A DNA stretch of 39,176 nucleotides from Glycera tridactyla (Eukaryota), in the NCBI GenBank assembly GCA_965644265.1, contig OZ286460.1, positions 50,430,825-50,470,000 of the forward strand. The letters are read 5' to 3'. Every line of letters starts with the position of its first letter. Within the stretch, counting starts at the first letter, position 1. The notes under the pieces are model-generated. The model was not told the origin of the DNA and did no database searches. It was given only the letters and a program-made list of their open reading frames with translations. Below are positions 11,208-21,050 of the stretch, in pieces. A program made the position numbers and the translations under genes.

Positions 11208-11491
11208 GTTTACAGACGTGAATGTACAATGTCAATGTTTGAATGATACCATTTGTGTATAAAATGGCTCGTTTCCTTGTCAGAAACCGGTGTCAGACAT
11301 GGGGCAAAAATTACTGACATCGACGATTCTCATGTCTGTCACAATGTCAGACAATATGAAAAGTTTTTCGGGAACGCTGAATTATTAAAGTTTTGATATA
11401 TAGTTAAGCATCAACTTACATAGCTTGCTATGTGTTCCTAATGATGCAAAATGAATTAGATAAAACACAAACACTGTGCAGGAAGGGAATA

Positions 11492-11617
11492 TAGTATGCT
11501 AAAACCTCTTTTGTGAGACCGCCCCAAATGCCACCCATAAGCGGCCCCTCAAGACAGGTGGTCTCTCAAAAGAGGGCAGTCTCCCAAAAGAGGCATCTCC
11601 CAAAAGAGGTTTTACTG
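11492..11617. mobile_element. Tc1/pogo-type MITE, left end disrupted
   Basis: AAAACCTCTTTTG ... CAAAAGAGGTTTTACTG-TA inverted ends and internal repeated TCTCCCAAAAGAGG. Confidence 0.6.
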
Positions 11618-11756
11618 TAGATATTTTTACTGACCATAAGGCTGTACTTCTATTATGGGCTCCTTCCAGAGCAGTCCCTGGACTATGAGTCTTCACTCAT
11701 TATTGTTAGTGCCTATCTAAGTCAATGCTATTTCTCAGATATTTCTTGTTTTTCAG

Positions 11757-11860
11757 ATGTTATCGAAGCTGGCTTGTGGAATAAACAAACCTAATAGACA
11801 AACGGCACTGCCACATGCATCAGTGTCTGGATTATTTGCCACTCTCCCAGTCAGAAAAAT
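11757..11860 (+). CDS. POLH: DNA polymerase eta, coding exon 4 (MLSKLACGINKPNRQT...LPVRKI)
   Basis: KLAC..NKPN.QT motif. TTTCAG acceptor, GTGAGT donor. 104 nt. Confidence 0.96.
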
Positions 11861-12280
11861 GTGAGTACCATCGGTGAATCATGCTGCCTGATCTTCTCCT
11901 CGCAGACTCATTGCATTATTTCGTAAAATTCTTCAAGTGGTGTCAAGTTCTTGGGATGCCCATGGAAGATATCTTCACTTAAAACTTGCATGAAAGCCGA
12001 TAAATATACCAGATTCCCTCATGAATGTGCTTTAAAAAGCAAGAATCAACGTAGATTTTTTGCAAATGAATATGGGAGAGAATGATCAGGAAGATATAAA
12101 AACATAGCCACATAACTTTCTAGTGCCTGGGCAAGTAGCAAGGCATGCCTATTTCTGATATTTTTTCCTGGTTTTTGTTGTGAGTCATACTCTTCCATTC
12201 CATGTTTAGCCCTTTATTCCCCTACCATGCTACATCTCAGATATTTCTCTATTTTACAATTGATATCCATATCTTTGCAG

Positions 12281-12400
12281 TCGACATCTTGGTGGCAAAT
12301 TCGGTGAGGCAATTGTGGAAAAGTTTGGTATTGAGTTCATGGGTGATCTGGAGAAGTTTTCCAAACGTCAGATACAAGACAAGCTTGGTGACAAAGATGG
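12281..12400 (+). CDS. POLH: DNA polymerase eta, coding exon 5 (RHLGGKFGEAIVEKFGIEFMGDL...; thumb)
   Basis: LGGK.G HhH-like motif. TTGCAG acceptor, GTAAGT donor. 120 nt. Confidence 0.96.
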
Positions 12401-12521
12401 GTAAGTTGGAAATTGATGTGAGTTTATTGGCTCATTGTGAAGTTTGTCAAGTTCTGGCTGAATTCCAGCCAATCATTATGCCACTTGTCTGTTCTTTTTG
12501 TTCAAGGACAAGGGTTCCTTA

Positions 12522-12650
12522 CAGTCAAACCTGTGTGTGAGACCACCTCTCTATAAAGGTCACTTGCATAAGACCAGCCAGAGCTGTTATCATGATAATA
12601 TTTTCAACAGTAAATGACCTGTTCATAAAGGCCACCTACCTACAAAGTTC
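12522..12650. mobile_element. Tc1/pogo-type MITE, left part
   Basis: TA-CAGTCAAACCTG..GAGACCACCTCTCTATAAAG..TATTTTCAACAGTAAATGACC, the same family as 19168-19336 and 28792-28916. Confidence 0.65.
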
Positions 12651-12805
12651 ATCGATTTGGGTTTATACCAGATGAAGTTAAAGTAGTTGCTCCTCCGACC
12701 CCCCCCCCCTCACTTAATCATTTATCTCATCAATGGTGTATTAACTTGATCACAAGAATTGATAAACCATATAATATGAATTTTCATATTGGTTAATCAC
12801 CATCT

Positions 12806-13020
12806 CAGGGATTTTCTTACTTGGGAATATGTATGGGTCTTTCGGGCACATTGATGTGGATTTCATGTGCTATTTCGGATCTGTGTGTCCCCCAAACCAT
12901 GCAATCATATCAAAGTATGGAAAATTCAATGTGCTTGTTGTGCACAAGATATATGGTTTAATTTGCCCTTTCACAACTTAATGTGCCATTTAGCACAGGG
13001 TACGGAGTAAAATCATCCTG
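12806..13020. mobile_element. Probable degenerate hAT-type MITE
   Basis: CAGGGATTTTCTTACT ... GAGTAAAATCATCCTG imperfect inverted ends, with CCATCT on both flanks. Confidence 0.4.
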
Positions 13021-13198
13021 CCATCTCCTATCTGTATTTGTATATCTTTGCTAGTGTGGGTATTTATGTATCTTTGTGAGTGTGAGTGGAAAAAAGCAGC
13101 ATGTGATGCAGATTCTAGTCCACTTCAAAATTCGCTAAGTGTAACTTTACAAATTTATCCCACCACTTCATAATTCATTTTACTCCTTTCATTTGCAG

Positions 13199-13322
13199 AG
13201 TCTGGGTCTATGAGATGTGTCATGGCATCGACCGAGAGTCTGTATCTGATCGTCATGTTGCAAAATCAATCGGATGCGGTAAAAACTTTCTTGGACCAGA
13301 AGCACTAAACACCAAGGAGAAG
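13199..13322 (+). CDS. POLH: DNA polymerase eta, coding exon 6 (VWVYEMCHGIDRESV...KSIGCGKNF...)
   Basis: W.Y.MC.GI and KSIGC.KNF motifs. TTGCAG acceptor, GTTTGT donor. 124 nt. Confidence 0.96.
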
Positions 13323-13834
13323 GTTTGTTGATTTTTATTCTCTTCTACCTTAGTTTATCAAAATATGGGTCACTCCCTGTACGATGTTACCGGTTGAACC
13401 CGGAGATTGTGTGGAGATGCAGATACTGGCAATATGTAGGTGTTTGACTCTCAAAAAAGATTATCCATTGAGTCTAGAAAGCCCGTTAGATGTTCTTTTT
13501 ATCTGTCAGACTAAGTGATAATGCTAGATATTCTGTCAAATAGACTCACAGCATTTGTGAGCAAACACCCAGAAGTGGATACATGTACTCTGCCAAAAAA
13601 TTGTTGTTTGTTTCACCGGAGAGCTCCAAATATGTTGATTTCACACTGCCAATTTGGGGCTTTCATTCAGAGTTTGTATCAATACAACCACTTTTAGATA
13701 TATTGATTGCGTGAAAAAGTATACATGTTGGCAATATATCCTGAAGATAAATTGGCATTGCAGGAAACTGTTTTTTTGCATGACCACCTAAGATATTTGG
13801 GAAAATATCTGCAAAATGTTTCATATCTTTTTGT

Positions 13835-13894
13835 CAAATTTTGCTAGATTTAGTGGAAAATGTTCAAATTTTGCTAGATTTGGTGGAAAATGTT
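13835..13894. repeat. 30-bp direct tandem duplication (2 copies, 1 mismatch)
   Basis: CAAATTTTGCTAGATTT(A/G)GTGGAAAATGTT twice. Confidence 0.9.
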
Positions 13895-14046
13895 CAGTTT
13901 GGGGCATTTGCAATTCAGAAGAATTGCATTGGCACCCTGTCCTGGAAACTGTTAGAATTTCACAGCATTAGGGTTTACTTGTGAGATATTCACGTTTTTG
14001 ATTAATTGATGGATGTATTGATCAAAAATAATGGTGGAACTTTTAG

Positions 14047-14112
14047 GTGCTGTTCTGGTTGGAGCAGTTCGGACTGGAACTGGAAGAGCGATTAATCAAG
14101 GACCAAGAGGCA
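14047..14112 (+). CDS. POLH: DNA polymerase eta, coding exon 7 (VLFWLEQFGLELEERLIKDQEA)
   Basis: WL.Q...ELEERL.KD motif. TTTTAG acceptor, GTGAGT donor. 66 nt. Confidence 0.94.
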
Positions 14113-14610
14113 GTGAGTATTATCCCATACTAGGGAGAAATGAGCTCTCAATCATGTAAAAACTTGGCAATTTTCTGTTGTTGAATCATGTTTTGCAGTA
14201 GTGAGATTCCCACCCCTCCCCCCCAGATCTGCAGATTTACATGTTTTTCAAAGGTGGATGATGCTATCTCTGCATATGATAGAGAACACCAATGTATGCT
14301 GAGTTTTCATTTTTTGAAGCATCAAAATCAGACCACAATTGCAAGGAGGATGCTGTGATTCAACATTTTTGCCCTTTTGCTTTTCTTCTGTTATGATATC
14401 CTTTTATGGGCAGATGTTAGTATTTGCGTGGTTTTACCAAAATTGTGTTAATACTCATTTTCAGGGTTTATTGTTTTGGGTCTATAACATCCCTGACATT
14501 TATTAGCACTTAGCCCGTAAACAGAATTAGGAGGCTTTTCGAACTATTCATTTGATACACACAAGGTTCATAATGATTTCTCATTTGGCCTTTCTCAGAG
14601 AAGCATACTG

Positions 14611-14814
14611 TAGTGTTGACTCTGAGGTATGGCTGAAGCGAGACATTCGTCTCACCACTATCCAAAATTTGAGACAATTTGCACAAATATGAAACTAATG
14701 TTTGCCATTGGGTCTGACTGAAGTAAGACAATTGTGTTACAACTTTTCAAAATGTGAGATGTTGCACTCAAATGTGAGATAAATGTCTCGAAATCTCACC
14801 ATATATCCAACACA
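14611..14814. mobile_element. hAT-type MITE
   Basis: TAGTGTTG ... CAACACA ends. 8-bp TSD GCATACTG / GCATACAG (7/8). Repeated GAGAC/TCTC subterminal motifs. Confidence 0.6.
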
Positions 14815-14974
14815 GCATACAGTACTTTCAACTGGGTCTCATGAATATTTCATTGGCTTTCACATGCCTGATGAAATTGCTCCTCTTCAATCAAAAGAGA
14901 GGAAAATATCTAAGTATCACTCAGGACAATATCATGTGGTGCCACTGCACTTGAATTCTATCGTTTGATAACAT

Positions 14975-15766
14975 CTAGCCCTCCTTCTTAACCAGACCCT
15001 TGTGGTGCCCCACTTCGATTTTAGTGACTTGATTCACCTGCATATGAGTGAAGTCAATTAAGAAAAATTGCAGGTTCAACCGAACGCAGCTTGCCGCATG
15101 ATATTGAAAGCAAATTGGGATGCAAATGTGATTGATATGCACAAAATCCTTGGTTTATTTCCCCTACATGATAGAAGGGTGTTTCATATGGCTACCTTTA
15201 TGTATAAGGTATTACATGGTCAAATCAATTCACCCAATTTGAGAAACTTATTTGTAGAAATTGAACATACCCATGGGATGAACACTAGATCTGTTGTACG
15301 TGGTGATCTACAAGTACCCAGAACCCGCATAATTGCAGGAGGTCATTCTATAAGTGTCATAGGAGCTAAATTATGGAATAAGCTACCAGCAGATATAAAA
15401 AAACTCTGCCTCCTTAAATATTTTCAAAAGGGCCTATGCTGAAGCTATGTCAAGTTGAGTTCATAAACAGCTAGTCTTGTTGTATTGATGTATGTTTATT
15501 GATTGCGAGAGCAAAATGCTGAATACATTCATTACAAACCCTTAATGACCATATTTCACCCAGTAATGAAAATAGGAATATGATGATTCATGTATCCATA
15601 TTTTAAGTACACTGATGAACATTTGAATTACTGAATCTAGAGAAAAGGTTGCAGCTGAATAGAACAGACCTGAGTCTACCACATGATATTGTTATTGTTG
15701 TCTTTTACCTGTGAAATGCTGTATGTCGCCTATATCTCAAATAAAAGTATTGTCATTGTCATTGTC
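14975..15766 (+). mobile_element. 5'-truncated CR1/L2-clade LINE: ORF2 C-terminus plus 3' UTR and tail
   Basis: Translation LNQTLVVPHFDFSD / KLQVQPNAACRMIL...RRVFHMATFMYKVLHG...HGMNTRS...LQVPRTR...GAKLWNKLP matches the typical post-RT C-terminus of CR1/L2/Crack ORF2, with a frameshift near 15055. AATAAA at 15740-15745 is followed by a (CATTGT)n tail. Confidence 0.85.
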
Positions 15767-15834
15767 AAGTACAATGTACACACTGAGGTCCTCCTGCTTT
15801 TCAACTGATTGTGAATGTTACTATTACTTTTTAG

Positions 15835-16013
15835 AATAAACGGAGAGCCAAGCATATGGTGGTCCATTTGAGGTATACTGTGGGTAAACGAAAATATGCT
15901 TCTGCCTCACGATCATTTGCCATTGCCCGTTATGATGGGAAGAAATTTGCTCGTGACGCCCTACTCCTGCTCAACAAATTCAATAACCAGACATCCACAA
16001 ACACCCACTTCTG
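15835..16013 (+). CDS. POLH: DNA polymerase eta, coding exon 8 (NKRRAKHMVVHLRY...ARYDGKKFARDA...; little finger/PAD)
   Basis: Aligns with human NDRVATQLVVSIR...RYDAHKMSHDA. TTTTAG acceptor, GTAAGC donor. 179 nt, in frame with both neighbours. Confidence 0.92.
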
Positions 16014-16029
16014 GTAAGCCATAATTCAT

Positions 16030-16262
16030 TGTTGTGCCCCAAAGTGTTTACACCTAAGGGGCATTATGTTTCTGCCTTGGCTCTCTGATGGTGAATAACT
16101 TTATGTGATGAGTGTGCTTCCCTGCATGCATCTGTGCCTGCATGTATAGTTTGGTTTTCGGATGATAACTTGAAAATTTTTGACCTATCAAGTCTAAATA
16201 CTCCTATAGATTTTGGAGTGGCTATCTAAAATTTCAAGATCACAGGATCAAAAAGGTCATCC
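16030..16262 (+). mobile_element. Degenerate HINE/DINE-1-like fragment
   Basis: TGCCCC...GGGGCATTATG hairpin, then a TGTGCCTGC microsatellite remnant, then GGATGATAACTTGAAAA and AAAAAGGTCA resembling the 157-bp unit at 21.1-22.1 kb. Confidence 0.4.
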
Positions 16263-16362
16263 CCTGATTGGCATCCCATAACCTCCAAACTAGTGCAGTT
16301 TAACCTATAGCAAGCAAGCATTCTTTTCAGTACACTTTCCCTGTCATTCCTTTTTGAATATA

Positions 16363-16539
16363 CAGTAAAACTTGTCTTAAGTGAAAAGTCACGGGACCAA
16401 ATTTTTCTTTCACTTAAGACAGGATTTTGCTTAGCGCAGGACAATTATAGTGAGAAGAAAACATCCGGGCAGACTGTGGGGTATGTGCTTAAGACAGGAT
16501 TTTGCCTAGCGCAGGTTTACACTCGAGCAGGTTTCACTG
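16363..16539. mobile_element. Tc1/pogo-type MITE
   Basis: TA-CAGTAAAACTTG ... CAGGTTTCACTG-TA, with an internal duplicated CTTAAGACAGGATTTTGC.TAGCGCAGG. Confidence 0.78.
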
Positions 16540-16629
16540 TACCTGCATGCTTGAATTGCCAATCTTTTGAGATGCCTGTTGTCGTAGATGCAATGTATGT
16601 ATTTTCTTCAAGCTATTTTGAGGTCCCAC

Positions 16630-16750
16630 AGTGATACTTGCAGGGACAGAGCATACAGCACTCAGAGTTCTGGAACACACAGCATCCATGATCCATACTG
16701 TTGAACTTCAACATACCAACCAAGAACCAAACAAACCAACCAACCAACCA
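16630..16750 (+). mobile_element. 3' end of SINE-like element with (CAAC/CAAA)n tail
   Basis: GCAGGGACAGAGCAT..GGAACACACAGCATCCAT..TGAACTTCAAC plus tail resembles the 3' ends of the copies at 20.1-24.3 kb. Confidence 0.4.
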
Positions 16751-16758
16751 GTTGTCTT

Positions 16759-16852
16759 TTGGTTGCTGTTTGGTTGTGAACAGATAGGTCTGACTGAGTC
16801 TGTACTTGGTTGCTGTTTGGTTGTGAACAGATAGGTCTGACTGAGTCTGTAC
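16759..16852. repeat. Perfect 47-bp tandem duplication
   Basis: TTGGTTGCTGTTTGGTTGTGAACAGATAGGTCTGACTGAGTCTGTAC at 16759-16805 and 16806-16852. Confidence 0.95.
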
Positions 16853-17034
16853 TATCTTCTACTTTCACAAACTACGTGTATGTGATTAAAAAAGTATTCA
16901 TTGTGTTATTAAACAATATTCTTATTCTTAACAATATCAATAGTTGATTGAGCTCTGATAATACACTGATATGCTATAGAATGTCTGTGTAAAGTGGTGA
17001 ATCAGTTCAGTGATTATAATTCAATATGTTCCAG

Positions 17035-18139
17035 GGATCCTCCTATCAATGCATTATCTCTGGTGGCATCCAAGTTTGTCGATTCTGACGCAAGCGGCGC
17101 TGGAAGTGTTGCCAGATTTCTGACTAGCGATGGTTCCCCTTCGACCCAGTCATCTCTCTTCTCACAGCCATCCTGTTCACAGACTCCCACCTCTTCCAAA
17201 CCTGCTTCAAAGATAAATGTTCTGAAGCAGATGTTCACTTCCATTGAGAAACGCAAACTTCTCTCCGATTCTACCAATGGTATTGACACTCAGTCACAGC
17301 TTGTTAACGTGAGCATGGATTCTCAATCCCCTGCTCCAAAAAAGGATGTCTCGAAATCACACAGTCCAAGTCCGTCCAACAAGTCATTTTTCCAGCGCTA
17401 CATGGACAGAAAACAGGGTGTGATTGCAAAGAAAGCAAGTCTACTGGCCACATCTTCGAATAGTGGTACCATATCTGATGTTGATCAGTCTCCCGACAAA
17501 AACTCGAACATCGTTTGTGATAAAACTGGCCCAACATCAGGAGATGATTCATCACTTGACTGTGTCGTTGCAGCAAGTGATGATGATCGTGAGGAAGTTT
17601 CAGTCGTCACTGATGATGAACATGAGTTTGGGCAAATACATTCTCCCGGAAACAGTGACCTAGATGAGAGGACAGTCGGTGTTAGTGACCCATGCACCTC
17701 TAATGCTTTACCAGAGAGTCTGCATGATGCTGCAATGGATATAGCATCCTCCTCAGGTAAGAATGTGAGGCAGGATTCAGGTGTGAAGGACTCCATCAGA
17801 ATGGTTTCAGTTACAGAATCATTCTCATCGTGTGTGGAGCCACCTGTAGATAATGAGCAGGGAACGCAGACTCAAGTATTTGATAGAGACGACTATATGC
17901 CGTGTGAAAAGTGCAATAAGGTGTTGTTGGTCTGGGAGATTCCGGAACACATGGACCATCATTTTGCATTGGAATTGCAGGAAGAGGATAGAAAGGCGCG
18001 ATCTCTCTCTGAAAGACCTCCAGTCCTAAATACTGCCAAGAGAAAATCGTCAGACTCCAGTACTCCTGGTAGAGGTAGAAAAAAAGCTAAACTTACTGCA
18101 AAAAATGTGCCTACTTTGGAACATTTCTTCAAAAAGTGA
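17035..18139 (+). CDS. POLH: DNA polymerase eta, terminal coding exon 9 (end of PAD, disordered linker, UBZ, NLS, PIP box)
   Basis: TTCCAG acceptor. Starts DPPINALSLVASKF (human SPPLTMLFLCATKF). Contains a PIP1-like SVARFL, a RIR-like KSFFQ, UBZ CEKC..VWEIPEHMDHHFA, a basic KRK...RKKAK NLS and C-terminal TLEHFFKK. Stop TGA 18137-18139. Confidence 0.97.
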
Positions 18140-18592
18140 TGCTTGTTTATTGAATGTCACAGCAGGGTATATGCCTTTTCTGGAGTTTGCCTAGATGGCA
18201 TTGAGGCACAATTAGTCTGCTTCTACATTTATTTGCAATGGTGTAACCTGTCTGGAGAGACCACCTTCCCTCCATTAACAAATTATTTGTTCCAGTGTCA
18301 ACATGCACCATGGCTTGCTGTCAAAATGACTCCGGATAAATCTTTTTGGATTTGATGAGCAGTGAAGTACTCTTCACACTGATTACACATTGTCATAATT
18401 ACATCTCTATGAGTTATTGTGAGGTGAACATTTTGAATGTTGGCTTGTGGTGATATAATTGTGTAGATTTGGACAATCAGAGTCAGGATAAATCTTTTTT
18501 GGTGCTATTTACCTGTATTCGTCACTTTTTTTTTTGCATCAAGTCAGCAAATGATCAGTTGTAGATTTTATCTTTATTCAAATGAACATATA

Positions 18593-18830
18593 ATTGTACC
18601 CGCTGCCCAAACAAACTTTGGAAGGGGGTATATTGGAGTCATTCAATCGGTTGGTCGGTCAGTCTGGCTGTAAAAAGATTGTCCTGCAAACTACTTCAAC
18701 ATTTCTCGACCAATTGGGTTGAAACTTGACATATATCATCACCATGAAGTGTACCGGTAGCTGTACAAGATGCAATTTTCATGCTGAATGATCCACACAT
18801 CTCAGAGCTATTTGAGAAAAAAGTTATTCT
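18593..18830 (+). mobile_element. 5' fragment of a HINE/DINE-1-like element downstream of the POLH stop (probable 3' UTR)
   Basis: TTGTACCCGC...GGGGGTATATTGGAGTCA hairpin-like start, GGTCGGTCAGTC microsatellite, then GAAACTTGACATATA core motif. Confidence 0.5.
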
Positions 18831-19099
18831 TTGGATCTGTGTGTTGTGGTTGTATCTGTATTCTTTGAGACAGCAAAAATTAACGAGGCCCATCAACTGT
18901 CTGTATGGTGTAAGGCCTCTACACTCCCCTAGACTTTCCTTAAATTGTTATGTAAGAATCTCTGGTAATAGCCATGCTTCTGTTCATCTTCTGTATGACT
19001 GTCATTGATTCCATCTATTCCCGTTTGCTCTCTCTACAAACACATACACACCCCATTTCTTCCAACACACAGTCACACAAATGCATGCACACACATTAT

Positions 19100-19429
19100 C
19101 AAAAGACCACCTATCTATGAAGACAAGCTTCCTATAAAAGCCACCCTGAGCTGCGGCCATGATGATACATTCGAACCTCCTCTAAAGACCACCTCCCTAT
19201 AAAGACCAGTAAGACCTCCCTGAGCTGCAACCGTGGAAGTATTTTCAACAGTAAATGACCTCCCTACAAAGACCACCTCCCTTTAAAGACCACTTTTTGA
19301 TGCAACCAAGGGCGTCTTTATAGAGAGGTTCGACTGTATTTTCAAAGGTGAATGACCTCCATAAAAACCACCTGTCTATAAAGGCCCCTTTTTGGTGTGG
19401 CAGGGTGTGCTTTATAGACAGGTCAGCTG
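19100..19429. mobile_element. Older Tc1/pogo-type MITE (19100-19167 plus 19337-19429) interrupted by a same-family copy (19168-19336)
   Basis: Inner copy TA-CATTCGAACC...GGTTCGACTG-TA. Removing it gives CTGAGCTGCGGCCATGATGA-TA-TTTTCAAAGGTGAATGACC, collinear with the family sequence CTGAGCTGCAACCGTGGAAG-TA-TTTTCAACAGTAAATGACC. Confidence 0.75.
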
Positions 19430-19544
19430 TACCTTGGCCATATTTCGTACATTCTTAGTACAAAGTGGTGGCCATGGCGGTTTTTTAGTCACCTTTGTGA
19501 CGAATCTCTAGTTTGTTTTGTTTTTATTATTGTATGTAGGTAGA

Positions 19545-19680
19545 TGTGTGTCTGAACTGACAGCTACCTTCCCTTGACATGCTCTCGTGTTCCATTTCAA
19601 TTTCCATTCAAGGTTTGTGAGAGTGATGCACACAGGGGACAAAGCATCCAGCTCTCAAGATCTGGTGCAGATGGCATGCA
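19545..19680 (+). mobile_element. Internal fragment of SINE-like family
   Basis: GTGTCTGAACTGACAGCTAC...GGTTTGTGAGAGTGATG..CAGGGG shared with 23199-23434 and 23900-24296. Confidence 0.55.
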
Positions 19681-20079
19681 TAATCCTTTCAGTTGGAATT
19701 CTCCATTAGATTCCTATTGATATGATCACCGATTAGCCACTGGCTACTGTAATTGCTGTTGCAATATCATGTGACCTGGAAATTGAAAAGTGATTAATAT
19801 TTATTTATCATTTCTTAATAATTTGTATTAGTTTGTTTTGCTTATCATGATAATATATTTCCGCTTTGTCATCTATACTTTTAGCCACAGAAATCACAGT
19901 ATGCTCTATTTATAATCATCGCATTTTGTTTTTTGTATGGGAATGCCTGCTGATTGTTACATTCAGTATGGAAGTGTTAGGGATTGGTACCTGTACTTTG
20001 ATCATCAATTGGCCAATAAGTTGATTGATTGATCATTATCAGTGTTTCATCAGCATTCAGGCAGATTTGGTGACATGGA

Positions 20080-20383
20080 GGATGGTGACTGAAGTAGTTT
20101 AGAAGCAGGAAGGCATGAGTTCAGACTTTGGTTGAGTATTCCCCGAGTCTAATGCTTTCCCTTGTTTCCAGTACTGCACTTTGCTAAAAATCTAAGCATT
20201 GCTATCAGGCTTGAGTGTTAGCTTTGAGCCAGTTACGTAGTTGGATATGCCGTCATCTTGTGTTCAGGGTTTGTGAGAGAGATATCTGTAGGGGAGAGAA
20301 CATCTATTTTTCATTAAACCAGGTACACAGCATACATAACCGTAGGGTTGATACATGCCATTGAACCTCAAACCAAGCAGACA
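20080..20383 (+). mobile_element. tRNA-derived SINE-like element
   Basis: Degenerate A-box-like (GGTGACTGAAGTAGTTTAGAAGC) and B-box-like (ATGAGTTCAGACT) head. The body and GGGTTGATACATGCCATTGAACCTCAAAC 3' end are shared with copies at 23199 and 23900. Confidence 0.55.
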
Positions 20384-20435
20384 ATGCATTCACCTGTGCA
20401 ATAGTCATGATATGGTGGAGAATGAAAGATGGGCA

Positions 20436-20441
20436 AATAAA
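20436..20441 (+). terminator. Candidate POLH polyadenylation signal
   Basis: First AATAAA I find downstream of the POLH stop; a second is at 20526-20531. Use is unverified. Confidence 0.3.
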
Positions 20442-20849
20442 TTGGAGAAAATGATGCTTGGGACTTCTTTGTCCTAGAAAGAAGAACATTCGAAAATGAG
20501 TCATGTCCTACTAAGGATAGTATAAAATAAAGATAACATTGCTTCTAACAAGGTGACATCAATAAGTAGAATCGGAACTCAATTCAAATTCAATAGGTCT
20601 TTGAGGAAAATGTCCCATCACTACAATGTGGCCACCAGAGTACATGTATATTTAGTCCTTGAATTTGGCCAAATTCCCAAACCACAGGAACATGAGAAAA
20701 GCAAACTCCCTCCGAATGGGAGGGGTTTTGGTTGGCTTGTATAGATAAGTCCTATCTTCCACACAGAAATGCATCACCAAACAATAACGGGATGGATTTA
20801 CTGTGAACAGTGAGATCACCAGCATCTTCCCCCCACCGACTGTAAACCT

Positions 20850-21050
20850 TCTCATGGATGCATTCTCTAATGAATGCAAGCCAGGAATGGGTCCGAATTT
20901 GTTATTTCAGGGTTGAATTTAAAAAAAAATGGTGGCACTCCCATGCCACACCATACTGAATACAGATGCATTTCATATCATTCCCCCAGGAATACCAGCA
21001 ATGGATTGTTCTGACAACCGTGAATAATTTTTCAGGCTAAGGGGAATAGA
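20850..21050. repeat. Diverged 147-bp-family unit(s), continued at 22444-22570 on the other side of the HINE insertion
   Basis: GATGCATTCTCTAATGAATGC..AAAATGGTGGC..GATGCATTTCATATCATTCCC motifs as in the 5880-7130 array. The right flank starts CTAAAGATGGTGGCTGTTCC. Confidence 0.7.

Larger units (their letters stand above)
10186..11379. mobile_element. hAT-like MITE hosting three nested MITEs (POLH intron after coding exon 3)
   Basis: Inverted ends CAGCGCTCCCGAAA (10186) and TTTCGGGAACGCTG (to 11379). TGTC(C/A)G(A/G)CA subterminal motifs at both ends. AATTAT on both flanks. Confidence 0.55.

Noticed and set aside
17014-17796. Several antisense or alternative-frame ORFs overlapping POLH exon 9
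   Set aside because: Shadow ORFs of a real Ser-rich coding exon.
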